Below, in pieces: positions 58,199 through 64,000 of a DNA stretch of 64,000 nucleotides. How positions within the stretch are numbered: position 1 is the stretch's first letter; each line of letters begins with the position of its first letter. Source of the stretch: an uncultured delta proteobacterium (lineage in GTDB: Bacteria; Desulfobacterota; BSN033; UBA1163). The notes under the pieces are model-generated. The model was not told the origin of the DNA, searched no databases, and was given only the letters and a program-made list of their open reading frames with translations. The stretch lies in the NCBI GenBank assembly GCA_963827685.1, contig CAWHBU010000002.1, forward strand, positions 1,056,001 through 1,120,000, given 5' to 3'. The position numbers and the translations under genes are program-made.

Positions 58199-58969
58199 AT
58201 GTTTTTGCCAATACTTCTTAGCTTCCTATTATTATTTTCGGTTCTCCCCGCTGGCTATTCCTATGGATTTGAAGCAAGGGGGCAAGAGTGCTCTAAGTGT
58301 CACACGCTTCAAAAAGAGGAAGCGAAGGATCTTCTCAAAAATACCATCCCCAATGTTGTCATTCTTGATATCCAATTAAGTCCTGCAAAGGGTTTCTGGG
58401 AGGTTTACGTAGAATCCATGGGCCGGAAGGGGTTGATCTATGTTGATTTCCGTAAGAAACATTTCTTCTCCGGGGCATTGATATCCATTGCTGAAAAGAA
58501 AAACCTTACTCAAGAGCGGCTCACGGACCTTAATAAGATCGATGTATCGCAAATACCCCTTGAGAATGCTCTGGTGATGGGCGATCAAAAGGCCAGAATT
58601 CGGGTCGTTCTCTTTACTGACCCTGACTGTCCCTACTGTGCCAAACTTCATCAGGAGATGAAGAAGATCATCGAAGAGAGGAAAGAGATCGCCTTTTATA
58701 TTAAGCTGTTTCCCCTGGTGAAGATCCATCCCGGAGCCTATGAAAAAGCAAAGGCGATCGTGTGTGAGAAATCGTTACCCTTTCTTGAGGATGCGTTTGG
58801 AGGGAAACCGTTGCCAAAACCAAAGTGCGAGACAACCGTCGTTGATGAAAATATAAGACTGGCTGAAAAACTGGGTATTTCAAGCTTGCCTGCCTTGGTC
58901 TTTCCTGACGGAAGGGTTATCTCGGGATACAAAGATGCTAAAACCCTACTCACCTTGATTGACAAATAA
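58199..58969 (+). CDS. DsbC/DsbG-family thiol-disulfide isomerase with N-terminal CxxCH
   Basis: FTDPDCPYC, cis-Pro SLP..VFPDG; CSKCH after the signal peptide. Confidence 0.88.
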   Translation: MFLPILLSFLLLFSVLPAGYSYGFEARGQECSKCHTLQKEEAKDLLKNTIPNVVILDIQLSPAKGFWEVYVESMGRKGLIYVDFRKKHFFSGALISIAEKKNLTQERLTDLNKIDVSQIPLENALVMGDQKARIRVVLFTDPDCPYCAKLHQEMKKIIEERKEIAFYIKLFPLVKIHPGAYEKAKAIVCEKSLPFLEDAFGGKPLPKPKCETTVVDENIRLAEKLGISSLPALVFPDGRVISGYKDAKTLLTLIDK

Positions 58970-59186
58970 GGCTGATTTGGATTTCAATCCTCTTTTTCCC
59001 ACCCCGATTTGAGATTGTCCATTACTTAAGAAATAACGTGACCGTGTCCGTGTTGCGTGTCCGTGAGAAATCAATTTTCACGGTTCGTGCCTGCACGCCG
59101 AGTGTCAAGCGTGGGTGATGAACCCGTCATGAAAAATTTCTCAGAAGGGAGAAGATAGGGAGAAAGCGTTTGTATCCCCTGGCTCT

Positions 59187-59822
59187 TCAGGGTATCAGGA
59201 TTCCGATCAGCGTCCCGATAACCCACCCAAAGAGTCCGATGAGTGGGTCCAAGATACCCAGAAAAAGGAAACCGATGATGATAAAGAACCCGTAAGGTTC
59301 TAGGCGGGTGAGGAAATGCGGGGTTTTTTCCCATAGGATTCCCATCAGTATCTTTGAGCCGTCCAGGGGGGGAATGGGAATCAAATTGAGAGCAGCCAGC
59401 GTGATGTTGATGCGGCTTACAATGTAACACACTTTGTAGACGAGGATGATGGCAATCCCCGAAGAAGATGCGGAAAAAAGTCGAATAAGCAACTGAGCGA
59501 CGAAGGCCAAGAGGATATTAGCGAGGATTCCGGCTGAGGAGACTAAGATGACACCCTTCCGCTGGTCCCTGAGATTGAGGAAGTTGACCGGAACCGGTTT
59601 GGCCCATCCAAAGCCCGCCACAAAGAGCGCGAGTGTTCCGATGGGATCGAGGTGGCTAAGCGGGTTGAATGTCAGCCGACCCGACCATTTGGCGGTCGAG
59701 TCGCCCATCCTGTAAGCCACCCAGCCGTGGGCCACCTCATGGATGATAATGGAAAAAAGGAGGGGAATGGCAACAAGAGCAAAAGTCAATGGATCTTGGG
59801 TCAGCAGCTTCAGAAGTCCCAT
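59187..59822 (-). CDS. Site-2 protease (M50)
   Basis: HEVAH and NLIPIPPLDG. Confidence 0.92.
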   Translation of the reverse strand: MGLLKLLTQDPLTFALVAIPLLFSIIIHEVAHGWVAYRMGDSTAKWSGRLTFNPLSHLDPIGTLALFVAGFGWAKPVPVNFLNLRDQRKGVILVSSAGILANILLAFVAQLLIRLFSASSSGIAIILVYKVCYIVSRINITLAALNLIPIPPLDGSKILMGILWEKTPHFLTRLEPYGFFIIIGFLFLGILDPLIGLFGWVIGTLIGILIP

Positions 59823-60031
59823 TTAACTTACCCCACTGTTTGACGTTTCAGTTTTCTGCCTCTCTATCAAACATTCTTCCTGGCCCTCCAACCCTTAGAG
59901 CAGCAGAGAGCTTTCTACAATAATACTTAAAATTTTACAACATACTGTGGCATAAATAAAGATGACCTCCTGTGCCATATGGCAACTTAGGTTAATGGTA
60001 GACAGCAGGTGGGAAATAGGAACAGGGTGGT

Positions 60032-61000
60032 TTAAGGGGCGTCCCTTCGCAGGGCTGCGGTGGAAGGGTTGAGCAAGACGTTCACGGCCCCTGGCATCAC
60101 AACAAAATGAAGTTCCTGTCCCAACTCCTCCTCGCCGTCAAAGTCAAGTTTTAAAGGTCCCTCCTCCGAACGCACCAGCACCGAGGCCGCGCGCGTGTGT
60201 TTGACATCCTCTCGTTCAAGGTGTGTCCCCCGATAAACGGCTTTAAAGGCGAGGAGAATACGAAGGCGGGACATCCCCTCGACCGTAATCACGTCGAACA
60301 TCCCGTCATTGATCAGAGCCTTGGGAGCGATCCACATCCCTCTTCCGAAATATTGCCCGTTGGCCACCACGACGAGATAGCAGGTTCCAGAATAAAATGG
60401 TTTACCGTCACAAAGAACGCTGACCCGTTGCGGTCTGTACTTCATGAGCGTGGCAATCGTGGCCTTGAGAAAGGTCAGAGAAGAGCGGCGGCGTGCCCGG
60501 TTCACCCGGTGATCCACCTCACCGCTGACGCCGGCGCTGGCGATGTTGAGAAACAGGCGCGCTGAAAGCTTGCCACCCGTTTGCATATCGAGATATTCAA
60601 CCCTTCCGAGGTCGCAGGGAACCGGATGGGCATGAGCCAGCCAGTCGACCGCCTCATGCGGGTTTTCGGGCATACCCAATGACCGCGACCAGTCGTGGCC
60701 GGTTCCTAAAGGGATACTGCCGAAGGCGACCTTCAGGTCAGGCCGCTCCGCCAAAGCATTAAGCACGAAGTGATTAGTTCCATCGCCGCCCAGGGTGATC
60801 AGGCGGCGGATGTCAGCCTTAGCAGCTGCATCGAGATGTCCGGCCAAGTCCTGCGGCCTGTGGGTGACCGCAATCAAGAGCTCCCCAAAGGCATCGAACA
60901 GCCTCCCTTCGATCTTCCTAAATACCCTTTGAGCGCTGCCGTTAGCCGAATGCGGGTTGATGACAATCAGTGTCCTCATTTTTCCTCCCGACCCTTTCAA
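60032..61000 (-). CDS. Diacylglycerol/lipid kinase family protein
   Basis: INPHS, GGDGT, PLGTG.D, DGE. Confidence 0.9.
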   Translation of the reverse strand: MKGSGGKMRTLIVINPHSANGSAQRVFRKIEGRLFDAFGELLIAVTHRPQDLAGHLDAAAKADIRRLITLGGDGTNHFVLNALAERPDLKVAFGSIPLGTGHDWSRSLGMPENPHEAVDWLAHAHPVPCDLGRVEYLDMQTGGKLSARLFLNIASAGVSGEVDHRVNRARRRSSLTFLKATIATLMKYRPQRVSVLCDGKPFYSGTCYLVVVANGQYFGRGMWIAPKALINDGMFDVITVEGMSRLRILLAFKAVYRGTHLEREDVKHTRAASVLVRSEEGPLKLDFDGEEELGQELHFVVMPGAVNVLLNPSTAALRRDAP

Positions 61001-61529
61001 TCACTTCTCAGATCATTCTTCCAGACCAAAGCTATTCCTTGGGCACATTAGCAGATTCGCCTAAACTTTTCAACTTCTGCGGATGAGATTCAAGGCCCCC
61101 TCTTCGCAGGCCATCGGTTTCCGATGATATGAGTGATTTAGTGATGGAGTGATCCTGTTTATTTTCTGCAAACTTGTCGTTTTTCTTGGTTTCTGCCAAA
61201 TCAAAAGAACTTTTTTTATTTGTATTTCTTTTTAAATCGCATATAATAATGGCGTAACTTCCAAGGACATGGAAGTTGTTCGTACAAGAACGTTGAAAGA
61301 AATCAAAAGCTGGAGAGACCCAATATCGGTGAAACTCCTAAAAGTCATCCGTGGAGGGCAAGATCATTGGGAAAGGTTTTTCCCCGCCTCTGAATTCATT
61401 TTTGAGCCAATCTTTTAGAAAGAAGATTGAGAGCAGGAGATCAATTTGCTTTTAAAATATTTTATGCTGTAATATAATAGACAAGCCAAGACCAAGGAGT
61501 CTGGCGATCACCAGAAAGGGGGAAGGACT

Positions 61530-61862
61530 ATGGCCTTTATTCGCAAACGACGGATTTGGTGGGAACCTGTTCCCGAAGCAACAAGCTATGTGGTGTATGT
61601 AAGCCAGGACCGCACAGACTTTGATCCCAATCACTTCTCGTGGGAGTCGACTCCTGGAATCATCTCAAAACCCGTTAATGGGGGGACCGAGTTAATCATT
61701 CCCGATGACTGGCCGGAGTTTCCCGCGGAACCGGGAACTTACTATATCGGGATTACCTCCAGAGATGAGGTGGGGAATCAAAGCGACCCTTTTTTATCCT
61801 TTGGCCAGTTCAAATTCCTTGCTTCGCCGGCCCCATCGAAGGGCGGGATCGAGAGCCTTTAG
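61530..61862 (+). CDS. FN3-like hypothetical protein
   Basis: Paralog of the C-terminal half of 6175-6783; strong RBS. Confidence 0.7.
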   Translation: MAFIRKRRIWWEPVPEATSYVVYVSQDRTDFDPNHFSWESTPGIISKPVNGGTELIIPDDWPEFPAEPGTYYIGITSRDEVGNQSDPFLSFGQFKFLASPAPSKGGIESL

Positions 61863-62587
61863 AGGAACGGGCGTTACTGGTCGGATGGATTCATTACACA
61901 AAGAGCACTCTGGACTCCATCAAAACGCTTACAGAACTCTCTCAGGATAGATTTAGCGATCAGGAACTTGGTAGATTTCTTTACCGGATGATTGCCCAGG
62001 ATATCCACAAGACTGATCTGTTGGTGAACGGCCTTCTCAATTATTTCCAGGTCACCTCCCCGATCAAAAAAACGAATACCGTGAACCTTCTCATCGAGGA
62101 GGTGTTGAAGAAGCATCAGGTCCAACTGGAAGAAAAGGGAGTGAAGTTAATCAAAAAACTTGAAAAGGATCTTCCCGAAATCATCGTTCCCGATAAACAG
62201 TTGAGATTTATTCTGAATTCGATTCTTCAATATGCGGTGACCTCGATGCCTTCCCATGAGACGCTTGGATTTTTGACCCAATCCTTTGTTCTTCAAGAAC
62301 CCCATCCGAAACAAACCTTGCTCAGAAAAAGTGAGCCCTATGTGAAAACTACCCTATTTTTTACAGGTCTTGAGAAGCCAGTGGAACCCTTTGGGAGAGG
62401 AACGGGAATCGAAGGGATGCCAAAAGAGGATAGCCTGGACCTCATATTAAAATTGGTTAAGGATTTGGTTCATAGAAATCGAGGCGTGATGACATTACAG
62501 GGAGATGAAAAGGAGGCAAGGCAATCTATTTCCTTGGAATTCCCTGTCGAGAGAAGAACGGTGTTACATGATCCAAACAACAACTGA
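61862..62587 (+). CDS. Degenerate histidine kinase-like protein (HisKA/HATPase-like); start unresolved
   Basis: Frame is open upstream of ATG 61988 with the H-box-like WIHYTKSTLDSIK; QLRFILNSILQYA N-box-like; G-boxes degenerate. Confidence 0.6.
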   Translation, partial: EERALLVGWIHYTKSTLDSIKTLTELSQDRFSDQELGRFLYRMIAQDIHKTDLLVNGLLNYFQVTSPIKKTNTVNLLIEEVLKKHQVQLEEKGVKLIKKLEKDLPEIIVPDKQLRFILNSILQYAVTSMPSHETLGFLTQSFVLQEPHPKQTLLRKSEPYVKTTLFFTGLEKPVEPFGRGTGIEGMPKEDSLDLILKLVKDLVHRNRGVMTLQGDEKEARQSISLEFPVERRTVLHDPNNN

Positions 62588-62643
62588 GTTTATCCTGAGG
62601 GAGATCCTATCTTTTTCGCCGGGAAGTTGAGAAGGGGAAATTC

Positions 62644-63273
62644 ATGGCTGAGTCGACAATCCTTGAAATGTTTTCCGATTATGTTTGACCCTGGTGTTAT
62701 TTCAGTACCGTGCGTATTGGGCAACTCAAGAAGCATTTTGATATCGACGTTCGCTGGACTGCTTTTCCTCTTCATCCGGAAACACCGGAACAGGGGCTTA
62801 CCCTTGAAGAGCTCTTCGCCGGGCAGCCCATTGATATTCAGAAAATCATTTCCCGTTTGAGACAGGTGGCTGACGGATTAGGCTTGCCTCTCGGAGATCG
62901 GAAAAAGACTTATAACAGCCGCCTGGCTCAGGAATTGGCGAAATGGGCAGAATCGAAGGGGAAGGGCGATCCCTTTCATGAAGCTGTCTTTCGCACTTAT
63001 TTTGTCAATGGGAAAAATATCGGCAGGGTGGATGAACTGGTGACTCTCGCGAAATCCATAGGTCTTCCGGAAGGGGAAGCCAGGTCAGTCCTGGAATCGA
63101 GAATCTTTAAGGAAGCCGTCGACTCCGACTGGTCGCGTTCTCGTGCCCTGGGAATTACGGCGGTCCCCACTTTCGTAGTCGACTATCGGTCTGTGGTGGG
63201 ATTTCAATCCTATGAGGTTCTCGAGCAATTCCTGAAAACCTGCGGTGTCAAGCAAGGCAAGGGCCCTGATTGA
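62644..63273 (+). CDS. FrnE/DsbA-family oxidoreductase, selenoprotein (UPWC active site)
   Basis: RBS, then ATG 62644 reads MAESTILEMFSDYV-TGA-PWCYF in frame with the 62710 ORF; SECIS-like hairpin follows; GITAVPTF. Confidence 0.88.
62701..62721 (+). promoter_or_regulatory. Bacterial SECIS-like hairpin
   Basis: TTCAGTAC-CGTGC-GTATTGGG stem-loop starting 12 nt after the UGA. Confidence 0.6.
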
Positions 63274-63356
63274 TCATCCCAATTTAACTGAATCCTTCCA
63301 GGCAATGAAATAGCATATCGTCAGAAATATCAGAGACACGAACTTGGCAATCACTC

Positions 63357-64000
63357 ATGGGGAATAAGACGTTACGAGATCAGTCCACCATCGATCGAAA
63401 GGCCGGCTATTCAATATGGTTCGTATTCGTTGTGGCGATTTTCATTACCTGCTTGATCACGGCTAACATCGTAGCGGTAAAATTAGTTGAAGTATTCGGG
63501 TTCGTGTTACCTGCTGGGACGATCATTTTCCCTATTAGTTATATTTTTGGCGATGTGCTGACTGAGGTTTACGGCTACCGTCAGGCAAGAAAGGTGATAT
63601 GGTTGGGTTTCTCCTGCAACGTTATCGTGGTCGTTGCCATATGGATTGGACAGATGCTTCCTCCCGCTTCGTTTTGGGACGGACAGAAAGCCTATGAGTG
63701 TATCCTGGGTTACACTCCTCGGTTACTCGTAGCTTCCTTCCTTGCGTACCTTGTAGGAGAATTTGCTAACTCATTTGTTTTGGCGAAAATGAAAATGGCG
63801 ACAAAAGGACGCTGGTTGTGGACCCGTACCATTGGCTCAACGCTGGTAGGACAGGCATTGGATTCCTTAGTGTTTATGACCCTTGCCTTTGTGGGGACGA
63901 TACCTGGGGTGGCCCTTCTATTGGCTATTTTAACCCAGTGGCTTGTGAAATCAGCCTATGAGGCGGTGGTCACCCCCCTCACTTACGTCGTGGTGAGTTT
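63357..64000 (+). CDS. yhhQ: Queuosine precursor transporter (YhhQ/VUT family), runs off the window end
   Basis: Manual translation ANIVAVK...PAG.IIFPISYIFGDVLTEVYG...AS..AYLVGE..N...RTIGST.VGQ..DS; absent from the ORF track. Confidence 0.9.
   Translation, partial: MGNKTLRDQSTIDRKAGYSIWFVFVVAIFITCLITANIVAVKLVEVFGFVLPAGTIIFPISYIFGDVLTEVYGYRQARKVIWLGFSCNVIVVVAIWIGQMLPPASFWDGQKAYECILGYTPRLLVASFLAYLVGEFANSFVLAKMKMATKGRWLWTRTIGSTLVGQALDSLVFMTLAFVGTIPGVALLLAILTQWLVKSAYEAVVTPLTYVVVS

Overview
This 64 kb window looks like chromosome from an anaerobic Desulfobacterota/Syntrophaceae-like deltaproteobacterium; that assignment is inferred from gene content and style only. At the left are larC, a secreted M1+M28 double peptidase and an intact tRNA-Met(CAT). 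Downstream of the tRNA is an accessory region with no integrase, divided by three decayed copies of the tRNA 3' end. Each copy carries all or part of the same ~70-nt mini-element at the T-loop position. The cargo between them is toxin-antitoxin pairs, an RHH/FN3-like operon, a DUF2242 lipoprotein and a 12 kb TetR-headed acyl-CoA catabolic/ABC operon. Further right are a tRNA-Glu 3' fragment, an SDH Clp-fold protease pair, a sigma54 promoter with a c-di-GMP-I riboswitch, a ferredoxin/aldehyde:ferredoxin oxidoreductase pair, and an AmmeMemoRadiSam system whose components all carry export signals. There is also a predicted mevalonate uptake and catabolism operon (ABC transporter + HMG-CoA reductase + HMG-CoA lyase), a PilZ protein, a DsbC with a CxxCH motif, a UGA-recoded FrnE/DsbA selenoprotein truncated by the ORF track, and a partial queuosine-precursor transporter. 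Mobile DNA comprises two IS3 copies with target duplications, an IS630, an IS200, IS3 and IS91 remnants, and several nested palindromic mini-elements. No CRISPR array or rRNA gene was seen. All family assignments come from motif recognition by eye, not database searches.
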